Below are positions 26,119 through 37,709 of a DNA stretch of 64,000 bases, piece by piece; positions within the stretch are counted from its first letter, which is position 1, and each line of letters begins with the position of its first letter. The notes under the pieces were generated by a model. That model was given only the letters and a program-made list of their open reading frames with translations, was not told where the DNA came from and did no database searches. The translations under genes were made by a program, and so were the position numbers. The stretch covers positions 104,346,001-104,410,000 of the forward strand of contig NC_088796.1 in NCBI RefSeq assembly GCF_011386835.1, read 5' to 3'. The stretch comes from Chrysemys picta bellii (Eukaryota).

Positions 26119-27485
26119 AAGCCAAATCTTAAATTCAGATATAGTCACATCACTCAGAAACTGCAGCCCTTAGGACACGTCTCTTTATGCAGTGGAATAA
26201 ATGAGAGTGAGAGGAAATAAACAAACCCACATTGCACCAGGGAAGGAGGAGGTTAATAATCTGTCTTGGATATGGGGGTGAAACTGGCCCCACCCAACAA
26301 TACCTGCCAGCAATATCAGGCCTGGAGGGAGGGATCTCCAGCTGGAAGTAATTAAAAGAAGTAAGCAGATCATGAATTTAGGAGATGGGCTGAATAGCTA
26401 TGCCTTGGGACTGGATTTTATGTTTCTTAACAAAGTTGAATCCCAGGGAAGGGGGTGAATGTTGACCCTACATGTGTTGCATAGACTGTTTAATAGAGTA
26501 ACTAGGAAAGTCACCTGGTTATAGAGGGGTTATTTGAAAAATAAAAGGGTGGAGATCTGCATTAGAGCTCTGAAAGGGTATGAAGAGGACACGGCCACCC
26601 AGGCTGAATGCACAAGAGATGATGCCCTTCATAACCCTAGGAGTGGCAACTGGAAGGGACAGCAGAGTCTAGGACCACCCAGACTTCATGCATTCACTAG
26701 AGGACACATATGAGGCTCTTCTTAGCCTGAGGGATGGTAGCTGGCAACACACACCCACACATCCTTCACCCTTACCAGCCCATTCTGTGCATACACCACA
26801 TGATACACAAATACACACAAGAACCCTGCTGTACATTCATCCCATATATTAAAGATCAGCTTTACAAGCATTGTTGTGATTCAGGATTTACACTGGCATG
26901 CCCTGCTGCAAAACTTGGTGAGTGCTCAAGTAGCAATACTCTCATCAAGAGGAGAGCTGGTGATGAAGAAAAGCAGGTGTAAGGAACCAGGCTAGGAATC
27001 AGGTTGGGCAAGAAGATGCATTGTTTCAGTACTTCCCTCAGCAGTCTCTACAAGTAGGACCTTCTGCATCAGAAACCTTGCAGGTGAGTAATTAGTGATG
27101 TCTTTTTCTGCCCCAGTCAAGATGAATTCTTTTTTGGGTTTCAGGTTTGGTGTATCTGGCTCATTTGATCAGTTAAGAACATATTTAAAGGAAATAAAAA
27201 ATTGTTTTTATTGTTTTTTAGTAACACATTTTTAGACTAAGAACCATAGTCTGACCTCAGTTTAGTGCCATTATGAATGGTTTATGTAATCCATCCAGCA
27301 AATGGGCTTTCTCAGTATGGTTGGACATAGCCAGTACATCCTTACCTCCAATTCAACAGTCCTGATCTTGTGAGGTGCTGTGTGCTCTCAAATCCTATTA
27401 GTGCCAGCAGATGTGATATTAGTTTTGGCAAGGGACAGATTTAGAAATAGGTACTACAGGCCCATGCCTAGAGCTCTGTCTCTTG

Positions 27486-27770
27486 GGCCTTGGCTACACT
27501 TACCCGCTAGTTCGACGGCTGGAAATCGAACTTCTGGGTTCGACTTATCGCGTCTAGGCTGGATGCGATAAGTCGAACCCGGAAGTGCTTGCCGTCGACT
27601 GCGGTACTCCAGCTCGGCGAGAGGAGTACCGCGGAGTCGACGGGGGAGCCTGCCTGCCGAGTGTGGACCAAGGTAAGTTCGAACTAAGGTACTTCGACTT
27701 CAGCTACGTTATTCACGTAGCTGAAGTTGCGTACCTTAGTTCGAATTAGGGGGGTAGTGTAGACCAAGCC
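27486..27770. mobile_element. Young PIF/Harbinger MITE, 285 bp, CpG-rich, with nested hairpins
   Basis: TIRs ggccttggctacact / agtgtagaccaagcc; 3-bp TSD ttg on both sides; same length as and homologous to 35259-35543 in opposite orientation. Confidence 0.92.
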
Positions 27771-28364
27771 TTGGAATCACTTGGAATAATAATTATGTTA
27801 GAATTTCAACTTAAAAAAAAAAGTTCTAGCCCTCATAGTTGAGAATTAAAACTTGAAAACAAGAGGCGAGCATAACCAATGCCATGACATCCATCTGTAT
27901 CTTCAGGCAGCCTGAAACAATAGCTGAGGGGGCTGAACTGCCCCTTACATCATCATAGGCTGTTATCTCAGTTGTGTGGACTCTAGCAAACACCGCCCCA
28001 ACAGAGGACTTTGTCTGTGGTCGGAGGACAGTGCCACAGCCTGGCCCACTCATTCAAGTAGATTCACCACAGCTGCTGGGGTGAACACTAGAGCCCTGGC
28101 TGCTGCCATTTTTTCCTCTCTAGAGGGACCCTGCTTTTGCTCTTTGGGGGAGAGCAGGAGTGACCTGTGTCACTATCCCAGTCTCTCTCGGAGGTAAGGG
28201 GGAGGCCCTGCTACTACCACTAGACATGTGGAGGAGACACAGCAGAAGTGGGGCCATGTGGTAGAGTCGCAGTGCAGGTGCCTATGTTGTGGTGTGCCTA
28301 GGAGGCTCAATCTGGCTCTGGTTCTTACAATGGTGTGGAATTAAACAAGGCTTTAACTTTGAAA

Positions 28365-28610
28365 ATAGATAGCACCTTCAAGATGAAATCTCAAGCCCTT
28401 TGCAAAAGTGGGCAAGTACAACTATCCCCTTTTTACTTGATGATGAAACTGACACATAGCAAGGTTAAGTGATTTACTAAAGGTCACACAACAATAGCCT
28501 GTTCAGGTGTTGATTCAATGGGCTTTAGACCAGGCCTCCAGTCTGAGCTGGGACTAGAGATCACAAGATTTATGATTCTCAGTCCTTTGTTTTAACAATT
28601 AGATACACTA
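28365..28610 (-). mobile_element. MIR/CORE-SINE fragment
   Basis: tatccccttttacttgatgatgaaactgacacatag..aaggttaagtgattt..aaggtcacaca is the reverse CORE motif; decayed tRNA-like head at the right. Confidence 0.6.
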
Positions 28611-29710
28611 GTTTTCATGGGGGCACATGCCTATTTAGACAAAAAAATTACAACAATTTAAAAAAATTTCTCTAGTTTACAGGTAGATTGTTTATTTAAG
28701 ATAATATGCATAATAAATTTTACAGGTATTCTATTGCTTAAAAACAAAACAAATACAGTTTTTCTGCTCCTAGTTTTTGTGTTTTGTTTTAAACAGTTAA
28801 CCACGAGATTTAACAATATTGCTATTTACTCTATTTTAAATCTGACAATTCTAAAACCACTTCAGACGAGCAAGCAAAATACTACTTTATTTTCTGCTTG
28901 CATTGTGGTATTAGCTAAGAGTTACTAAGAGGCTACTTTATACTGCAGTTTTTCAGCTGCTAACACTGTTCCCAAAAGCAGTGTTTGCTATAAATTCCCA
29001 GCTTTGGGGAATACAAAATAGATACTGCACATTGCATTCTAGGGTGGTACTGCAGAGTCAGCCCATCTTGAACTTTTCTTGCAGCCTGAACTCCATCATC
29101 ACAGTGGGATTTAACTGCCTCAATCCAAAAAGATGGGACTCATGTATTTTGGCAGCAATGTGAAGTTGAAACTTTGAACTTTCCTGTCCTACTGTGGTTG
29201 AGTTTAGAGTAACAAAAAGTGGGAGTTTGATTGTTGATTCAAGTTTTTAGGCACACATTTTCTGTACAAAACCTCTTCCTTTAAATATGGAATGTGTTAA
29301 AATATACACCTATGATGTAAACACCTATATTTTCAGATAAACAGCGTTACAGTGAGTCTGCTAGAGATGAAGTAAACAATAAAGATTGTTCCAGGATTAA
29401 TTCAGGAATTAAAAACTTTCTCCCCACAGTCAAGATTTTTTTTAACACTAATGTCCCCAAAGTTGGCTTGAGTTTAGTCAAATCCATTCTCAAGTTCGTT
29501 ATGGGTGCTCTGAAAATTAGCACAGTGATGAGCACAATATAAGATAGACAGAAGTCGAGCATGGCCATGTGCCTTCCCAAGCACACCCTTTATAGCATGT
29601 CACAGCCTACATTTCCCTCTTGGTCTTTGGCTGCTCTCCCCAGCCTCCAACACCTTCCAGGCTGAGATGACATAGGCCTCCAGCTAGATCACATAACAGT
29701 TCCACCCCTT

Positions 29711-30845
29711 TGTGTCATTACTGACATAATCTATGATCGTATAGATCATTGTTGCAACCACTGTTATATATTTGCAGCATATATTGTACAAAGGTTGTCG
29801 TGTAAGGTGTCTATGGAAAGGATATGATTTGCTGATTATGATTATGCTAGCTGTATGTGTGTATCATTTTTATAGTAGAAGTTATGAATATTGGCTATGT
29901 ACTTGTATCTTAATCTGTTTTGATTCTAAGTAGCCTCAGTGAAACATTTGGTCAGCTTCTTGAGAAGGGACTATTCTCAGGAAGTGCCCAGTCAAGAAAC
30001 ACTTATCTGACAATGGACTTTGGGAGACGCCAATCCACATCTGAGATTTCCTGGGAACGTTCAAACTAACATGTAAACAATGGTGTTGGCCTGTAAAGAA
30101 CTGAGTCATGCATGGACATGTGACTTGCCCATGTGACTCCAAACTCCATCTTGCTGTGATCTTTCCCAGGAGAACCAAGGGGTTTCCACCCATAAGAGAG
30201 AGCCTATAAAAGGCTGCTGCATCTCCTTGATCTTGTCTTCAATCCTGCTTCTTGCCGCTGGAGGAACCTTGCTACAAACTGAAACTCTGAACAAAGGACT
30301 GAATGACCCATCCCAGCTGTGGATGTACTCCCGATACTTGATTTGTGTCTGCAGTTTATTCCATCGCTACTACAAGCCTGAACCAAGAACTTTGCCATTA
30401 CTGTATGTAATTGATTCCATTTAACAAATTCTAGCTCTCATTTATATTTCTTTCTTTTTATGAATAAACCTTTAGATTTTAGATTCTAAATGATTGATTG
30501 GCAACAGCATGATTTGTGGGTAAGATCTAACTTGTATATTGACCTGAGTCTGGGGCTTGGTCCTTTGGGATTGGGAGAACCTTTTTTCTTTTACTGGGAT
30601 ATTGGTTTTCATAACCATAATGAGTGCCATTGGTGGTGATACTGGGTACTGGCGTGTCTAAGGGAATTGCTTGTATGACTTATGGTTAGCCAATGGGGTA
30701 AAACCAAAGTCCTCTCTGTCTGGCTGGTTTGGTTTGCCTTGGTGTGCAAAGGAACCCCAGCCTTGGGCTGTAATCACGCTGCTCTAAGCAATTTGTCCTG
30801 AATTGACACTCTCAGAAGTGTCCCACCAAAGGCAGCATCGTTACA
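29711..30845 (+). mobile_element. Solo LTR, 1135 bp
   Basis: tgtgtc...atcgttaca termini; perfect 5-bp TSD ccctt (29706-29710, 30846-30850); TATAAAA at 30205 and AATAAA at 30463. Confidence 0.92.
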
Positions 30846-30889
30846 CCCTTCCAAGGCCCACAAAGTCCAAGAGCAACAAAAAGAAATAT

Positions 30890-32103
30890 AGAGTTAGATT
30901 CACAAAGGGACTTAGACTCCTCAGGTACCGATACAGGTGTCACTGGCATTCCCAAAAACCCCACTCAGCTGCCACCTGACCCTGTAGGTGCCTAAACTCA
31001 CTCTAAATTTTTGGTGTAAAAGTTCCCAGAGCACCTAAATTTCTGCTCTGAGAATACACACTGCTGTCTCACTCTTGGCATATGGATGCCTAAGCCCTGG
31101 TGAGATTCATAAACTACGGGGAGAAGAGGGAAGATAGGTGCTCCTCTGCCTAATTCATCTGCAGGGCCCAATGTCGAAGATGTGCTCAAAGGCCGCTTAG
31201 CTCTACACAAAACATCTGGGGTGGGGAGGAAAGGAGGACTGCCTTCATAACTTTTATCCCAGTAGTTAGAGCAGGGGCGGGCAAACTTTTTGGCCTGAGG
31301 GCCGCATCGGGTTTCCAAAATTGTATGGAGGGCCGGTTGGGGAAGGCTGTGCCTTCCCAAACAGCCAGGCATGGCCCGGCCCCACCCGCTATCTGAACCC
31401 TTCTGCTTCTCGCCCCCTGATGACGCCCCCCCCAACTCCTGCCCCATCCAACCCCCCCATTCCCTGTCCTCTGACCGCACCCGGAACTCCTGCCCCTGAC
31501 TGCCCCCCACTGTCCCATCCAATCCCCCCTCTCCTGCTTGACTGCCCCCCGGGACTCCTGCCCCCATTCAACCCCCTGTTCCCTGCCCTCTGACTGCCTC
31601 GACCCCTATCCACACCCCTGCCCCCTGACCACCACCCCAAACTCCCCTGCCCTCTATCCAACTCCCCCTGCTCCCTTACCGCGCTGCCTGGAGCACCGGT
31701 GGCTGGTGGTGCTACAGCCATGCCGCCTGGCTGGAGCCAGCCATGCCACCGCGCAGCACAGAGCACCGGGTCAGGCTGGGCTCTGCAGCTGCGCTGCACC
31801 AGGAGCTCGCAGCCCCGCTGCCCAGAGCATTGCACCAACGCCGGAGTGAGCTGAGGCTGCGGGTGAGGGGGAACAGCAGGGGAGGGGCCGGGGGCTAGCC
31901 TCCTGGGGCAGGAGCTCAGGGGCTGGGCAGGAGGATCCCGTGGGCTGGATGTGGCCCGCAGGCCATAGTTTGCCCACCTCTGGGTTAGAGTGCTCACCTG
32001 AGACATGGAAGACCCTAGTTCAAGTTCCCCCTGTGCCTGATGAGAAGAAGGGGTTTGAATAGGGATCTGCTTCCTCTCAAGTGAATGCCCAAACCGTTGG
32101 GCT
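30890..32103. mobile_element. Unclassified dispersed repeat with tRNA-like inverted arms, interrupted by a hAT element
   Basis: After removing 31272-31990 it reads cccagtagttagagtgctcacctgagacatggaagaccctagttcaag (A/B-box-like), followed by an inverted counterpart ending aaccgttgggcta; boundaries approximate. Confidence 0.45.
31272..31982. mobile_element. Non-autonomous hAT (Charlie-like) element, 711 bp
   Basis: TIRs caggggcgggcaaact / agtttgcccacctctg; 8-bp TSD agttagag/ggttagag (7/8); C-rich tandem interior (ccccctgcccc units). Confidence 0.9.
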
Positions 32104-32400
32104 ACTCTCATGATTTTATGCAAGTCTCTTAATACTTGGTATTCTCCTAAAGCCCCAGCTCTTGAAGTCCCTTGATTACATGAGAATCTCAGCTCGTTCT
32201 TAAAAAAAACAAAAACAAAAAACCGGTGCTAGTCCTTAGGGCTGCAAAGAAAAGTTTGAAAATGTGATCCAAATGAACCCTAAAGGGTCAGAAATGAGAA
32301 GGCAAATAAAAAGAACTAGATTTTTTTTAATTTCCTGATTTTAAGCCAATTTTTAGAGGCCTGACTCATGATTTTTGAACACTTGGTGTTGGCAATACTG
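32103..32400. mobile_element. Non-autonomous DNA element (ttgccaac-terminus family), left TIR lost
   Basis: Homologous to 18934-19242; ends gtgttggcaatactg. Confidence 0.6.
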
Positions 32401-32544
32401 GAAATTGACTAGAAGCATTCTATAAACAAAAGTGAAAAGGACTAGTTTGGTCTCATTGCCCAAGCTGAGAGACAGACAGAAGTCAACAATACAAATAATG
32501 AAAAATAAATTGATATTGAAAATTGTCTTTGTATTAGTAATACG

Positions 32545-33525
32545 GTAAGTACATAAAAGGTTGTTACCAGGAGGCGAGAGAAGAATTGTTCTTCTTAACC
32601 CCTGAGGATAGGACAAGAAGCAATGGGCTTGAATTGCAGCAAAGGAGGTTGAGGTTGGGCATAAGGAAAAACTTCCTAATTGTCAGGTGGTTAAGCACTG
32701 GAATAAATTGCATAGGGAAGTTGTGGAATCTCCATCACTGGAGATTTTTAAGATCAGGTTAGACAAACACCTGCCAGGGATGGTTTTCAGAGGTTCTCAA
32801 ACTGTGGTCCGCAGAACACCAGTGGTCTGCGAGCTCCATTCAAGTGGTCCACAGATAGTTCCCTCTAAGGACCACCCACCTAATTAGTGGAGCCGCACCG
32901 GCGTGGCTCCACTAATTAGATGCCTGGACTCTGGAGAAGACACACATGTAAGGTGAGGTGGTGGCCTTGGGGGGAATAGGTGGGAGGGGGCAGTGGGGTG
33001 AGAAGAGGAGGTGGGGGGAATTGGGACATGCCGGGCTGCAGTGGCTAGAGAAAGAGGTGACTTTCCCCAACTCCAGGACTGCGACTGCCAGGGAGAGACA
33101 CCCCTCCTTCCCAGCCCCAGCTCGGGGGCTGCCGCAGCAGGGGAGAGACCCCCCTCCTTCCCAGCCCCAGCTCCGGGGCTGCCACGGCGGGGGAGAGAGG
33201 GCACATTCATCACATTAGAAAGGTAAGACTACTGATATTAAAATATGAGTTGTGTGCTTTTATTTGTAGAACAACAAATGTTAATTATAATTAAGGGTTT
33301 TTTTTTTCATATAGTGCTTTTATCCAAAGCGCTTTACAATAGTTAGCTAATGGTACAAGCAACATTTGGAAATAAGTGGTCCACCGAGACCCTCGGCAAT
33401 TTTCAAGTGGTCCGCAAAAAAAAAGTTTGAGAACCACTAGTTTAGATAATACTTAGTCCTGCCATGAGTGCAGGGGACTGGAATAGATGACCTCTCACGA
33501 TCCCGTCCAGTCCTATGATTCTATA
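32545..33525 (+). mobile_element. CR1 3' fragment split by a hAT insertion
   Basis: [28 protein letters not shown] (CR1 ORF2 end) at 32687-32770; 3' UTR resumes at 33440 and ends tcctatgattctata. Confidence 0.88.
32788..33439. mobile_element. Non-autonomous hAT (Charlie-like) element, 652 bp
   Basis: TIRs cagaggttctcaaact / agtttgagaaccacta; inserted at a gtttagat (nTCTAGAn-like) site in CR1, left TSD partly deleted; internal about 50-bp tandem duplication at about 33089-33190. Confidence 0.85.
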
Positions 33526-33799
33526 AACAGAAGCTAGAGAAAAGGGCAAAGTAAAACATTGTTGTTAATATTGCTTAGATACCAACTAGATTGACAAAGA
33601 CTTGGCCTGGAGAGATGAACCAAATTCTGCCCTCTTTACTATGTAATGAAGTCACAATGGAATTATTCACATGAGCAAGACTTTGCCCAATATCTCTGGA
33701 AAGCATGTTGGAATGTTTTGAGCCCTTTCACTTTGTTCAGGTGTCATTATGGGAATCTAATGTGCATTAATCAGCGTTGAATCCCTGTGATTGTTTGAG

Positions 33800-34125
33800 A
33801 GTCCATTCTGGCCAAGGTCTGAGAGATATGGCTTGCTAGTTGCAGCTTTGTTTTTCCCTGCTAAAGCAGGGTACTTACAGGGTATATGACAGGAACATAA
33901 TTGCATTATACCCCTGCTTACATTTATACCACATAAAGGTCAGTAAACAGCTTACCATCTTCCTGAATGGACATAGGATGGACTGTGGCTTAATGCCTGT
34001 GTATCTAGGTGTTACACTGGACTGTACCATGACTTTCAAGGAACATCATACAACACCTCACAGAAAATAAAGATAAGAAACAACCTGATCAGCAAACTAG
34101 CTGGTTCTATCCGAGAAGCCAATTA
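33800..34125 (+). mobile_element. Vingi/Ingi-clade LINE RT fragment
   Basis: LHLYHIKVSKQLTIFLNGHRMDCGLMPVYLGVTLDCTMTFKEH, then after a frameshift KIKIRNNLISKLAGS; the YLGVTLD...RNNLI.KLAG pattern is characteristic of Ingi/Vingi RTs. Confidence 0.65.
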
Positions 34126-34127
34126 AC

Positions 34128-34260
34128 CTGGTCTATACCTAAAACTTAGGTCAAGCTATCTATGTCACACAGGGCTGTGAAAAATTTCACATCTTGTGTG
34201 ACATACTTAGGTCACGCTAACCCACACTATAGACAAAGCTAGGTCGACAGAAGAATTCTT
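34128..34260. mobile_element. Left part of a PIF/Harbinger MITE
   Basis: cctggtctatacct terminus; cagggctgtgaaaaatttcac and ctaggtcgacagaagaattctt motifs; truncated. Confidence 0.55.
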
Positions 34261-34615
34261 ACATTTTTAATGGGGTGATTTAAAAAATATATAGAAACTA
34301 AATCATCATAAGAGGAGTTGCAAAATATATATTGTGCCATGAATACAGAGGAAGATTTAGTATTCCTGTACCCCAGACTAAATCAATAACTGGCATCCTA
34401 ACTGGTCTAGATATTGAGAGAACATGATTTGCTTTTCCTTTGCATCACTTTAATGGATTTCTTTTTCCGTTAGATAATACCGACTCTACAAATTCTCTTT
34501 TAAAAGTTCCTCTGAATGAAAAGTCCCTTTGTAGAGATTACACACATTCTAAGCAGAGAGATGCTGGTTGTAAAAATTACTGTTCTCTTCTTCTATGTTC
34601 TAGTAACCAAAGAAA

Positions 34616-34714
34616 GAAGAACAGGAGGACTTGTGGCACCTTAGAGACTAACAAGGTGCCACAAGTCCTCCTGTTCTTCTTTTTGCGGATACAGACTAAC
34701 ACGGCTGCTACTCT
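34616..34714. mobile_element. Penelope-derived mini-insertion forming a perfect hairpin
   Basis: 30-bp perfect inverted arms (34613-34642 / 34653-34682), then gcggatacagactaacacggctgctactct (turtle Penelope terminal sequence, from memory); 13-bp direct repeat gtaaccaaagaaa at 34603-34615 and 34715-34727. Confidence 0.75.
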
Positions 34715-35258
34715 GTAACCAAAGAAATACACATTTTATTATCGTTAACTTCACTCACAAAGGTTCATGTCAGACGCGTGCTCCCTGACTCTTATACCCA
34801 TGGAATTTTTCAACATCCACATTTTCAATATGTTGCCTCCATAAAGAAGTTAGGATAAATAAAAGGTAAGATACAGTGTGCTTAATGAGGATTTTGAATT
34901 TAAAAAGTGTGTGTATATATATGATATCTATGTATGTAATATCTATATCCAGCAATAATATCTTGTATCTATTTTGCTAAGCCTCTTGTGTGCATGCATG
35001 CATGCACTTTTCAGTTTACAGTGTAATCCCTGTTCCACTAGATGACACCTGACTTGTGTATAAGGAGTGATCAGGTCTTTCCGTTGGAATAGTACTGACC
35101 TTGTCTGTGGCATCATCTGTTCACAGGCAACAGTGTCATCTATTCATTGGCTTTTCTGCAGGGTGCCTCCAGGTTTCATGAGGTCATGTATGTTTTGGGT
35201 GCCACTTGGTCTCAGAACCCTTTCAGTACACAGTATAACTTGTACAATTAGTGACTTA

Positions 35259-35543
35259 GGCCTGGTCCACACTAACCCCTCACTTCGGACTAAGGTACGC
35301 AAATTCAGCTATGTTAATAACGTAGCTGAATTCGAAGTACCTTAGTCCGAACTTACCGCGGGTCCAGACGCGGCAGGGAGGCTCCCCCGTCGATGCCGCG
35401 TACTCCTCTCGCCGAGCTGGAGTACTAGCGTCGACGGCAAGCACTTCCGGGATCGATTTATCGCGTCTAGACCAGACGCGATAAATCGATCCCAGAACAT
35501 CGATTGCCTGCCGCCGGACCCGGAGGTAAGTGTAGACGTACCC
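35259..35543. mobile_element. Young PIF/Harbinger MITE, 285 bp (second copy, inverted relative to 27486-27770)
   Basis: TIRs ggcctggtccacact / agtgtagacgtaccc; flanks tta/ata; nested perfect hairpins. Confidence 0.92.
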
Positions 35544-35650
35544 ATAGAACAAATACAGTAAGAACACCCAGTTACAAGAACAAGGGAATGAAGTTTATTT
35601 GGGAGAAATGGAAACCAGTGTGAAGGGATCATCAATACAGCCAAAAACCC

Positions 35651-35686
35651 CAGTTTATGAAAAGAACAGTTTATGAAAAGAACAGT
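35651..35686. repeat. 16-bp tandem duplication
   Basis: cagtttatgaaaagaa x2 plus cagt. Confidence 0.9.
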
Positions 35687-37709
35687 AGGACAGTTTCTTT
35701 TACTATCATAGCCTTGATCAGCCTTCCCAACACTGATTTATCCATGAGACCTCAGACTGTGGTCATAGTGGTCTTGCTGCTTGGTGATTGCACAGCTAAC
35801 AGTTCTGGGAACTCAATTTTTCTTCATGTCCAAATGGCAAACTGATTTAACTGGATGCACCGTCAGTGTAGTAGTAAGTCTTAAATAATAGTAGAAGTCC
35901 ATACAATAGGGTAAATCAGTTGTAAACCAGCACACAAGTCGGGTTTGTATGAAGTCCCAGTACCAGGGCTTTTCGCTGAACTTAACTATAGAGAGAGTTG
36001 CAGGAACAGCCCTGGGATACTGTGACAGGGTGGATGAACACAGTCCATAGATTTGCAGAAGTGGAGTTAACACTCTTGGGTGCAGGTAACACAAAATGAA
36101 AGATTTTAAGGAAATGAGGCAAGATAATGGTAGGGAGGTCAGTACAAGCCAATTCCAAATTGTCCTTTGTTTTTGGTGGACTTGATTTTATTTCTTATCA
36201 TGTTGAGTGGCCTTAAATATAAATTCAGGGCATGACTGGGATGACACATAAAAAGTTAAATAACTGCTTATGGGCTTTACTGAACTGAGGCTTAAGTGTT
36301 CACTGGTTCTAATTACAATCTTATAGGAGTTAAGTTCCTGAAGCAGCAGTGAATTGCCATTGGGTGAGTAAAGCATCTTCCTTTCTGGTCACGATGTGTA
36401 TACAACTATAATCATGGAAAGCTTTTTGTTGTTCCAATGAGTTAAACAATATAAAGTTGCATTATATACATGAGGTTAAGTTTTACCGAGTTGTTCCATT
36501 ATGGCAGTATAATCACGACATTTTATGTTTTCATTGAAACACAAACCTTTTCTTGAAGGGAAACATCCTGACTTTGCATCTGCGAGGGAACAGGAAAAGA
36601 TCCTTCCAAAATAGCTCAACAAAGAAACTTAAGTAAAGGGAATTCTACAGATATAAGTTAGCTTCTATACCATTTTGCACAACTATATAAACTGGAGGAA
36701 AGAAAGAAAGACAGAAAGAAAGAGGAACTGGATACTTCATATGAAAGCCAAGAAATCACTGGTGCCATTAAACAACTGAAGACTAATTAAACTCCTGATT
36801 GATTTTTCCATAAACCTCTATAAAGTTATCACCTCCAAAGTTGACCCACTGTTAGCCAATGTATTTAAGCCCACTACTAGTTCTCACCTATTACTAGATG
36901 CATTTTGCAGTCACAAATACTCACACACAAATGATTGCAAAAGAAGGAAAAACAGACCAAGGGACGTGCCTATTACAGATTAAGATTTTTGCAATGTTAT
37001 TAGTGGCCAATTTGAAAACTACTAGGCCTTTTCTCAAAGAAAAGGACCACATTGGCTTTATCCACAGTACTCTACAGACAATCTCTCAAAACTAATTAAA
37101 ATAATCTCTAATTTTTTTATTTCACTCAGATTTGATAAGGAATTCAACTGGGATGACTGGCTCTACCAGTCGAATGTACAAAAAATTATAGGTATTGGTG
37201 GAAAAGTTATGGAATTTGTTAAATATAATACTCAGTTTTGAGCTATAGATTTAGAAGAATGGGAACGCAAAACACCATATGGTATATTAACTACTTAGGT
37301 TCTGTTCGAGGAGAGGGGAATGGTTTTGTTTGAAGAGAAAAGGAAGATGCAGCAATTAAACTTTTTTCTTCCCACCTCCTGTATAGTTTTAGATCTTTGG
37401 TACCTAACAAACAGGTCATTTTACAAAGGACTATCCAACAGGCGCATTATTGTGTGATCTCGTATTTACAATGGTGGGATCTCAAACTTCTTAGGAATTT
37501 TATAGTTTTGCTATCAAAACTTCAGAACAAAAAGGATTATTTTTACTATGGGAAAGGGAGAGACTAGAGTAGGTTCTCAGCCTGGGGTTACGACTCTCCT
37601 TTCTTTATGCCTTTATGTGAGAGGAGTTACAAAACTATGAAAAGGGGTCCTGCAATGTTTTCTTTTTAACAGGAGGTTATGGTATCGACAAGGTGATAAT
37701 CATGGTCTC

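Noticed and set aside
30998-32123. Long overlapping GC-rich ORFs (189 and 244 aa), and similar ORFs at 1164-1635, 8660-9026, 13174-13924, 32884-33226, 45713-46135, 61118-61426
   Set aside because: All lie in low-complexity GC-rich interiors of non-autonomous DNA elements where stop codons are rare. The peptides are Pro/Gly/Ala-rich with no domain motifs.
37130-37191. Plus-strand exon candidate (good branchpoint/acceptor, FDKEFNWDDWLYQSNVQKII, donor gtattg), phase-compatible with 39375-39412
   Set aside because: Better explained as part of the decayed L1 RT, since flanking sequence continues in L1-like motifs without respecting the splice sites. No known protein is recognised from the joined peptide.
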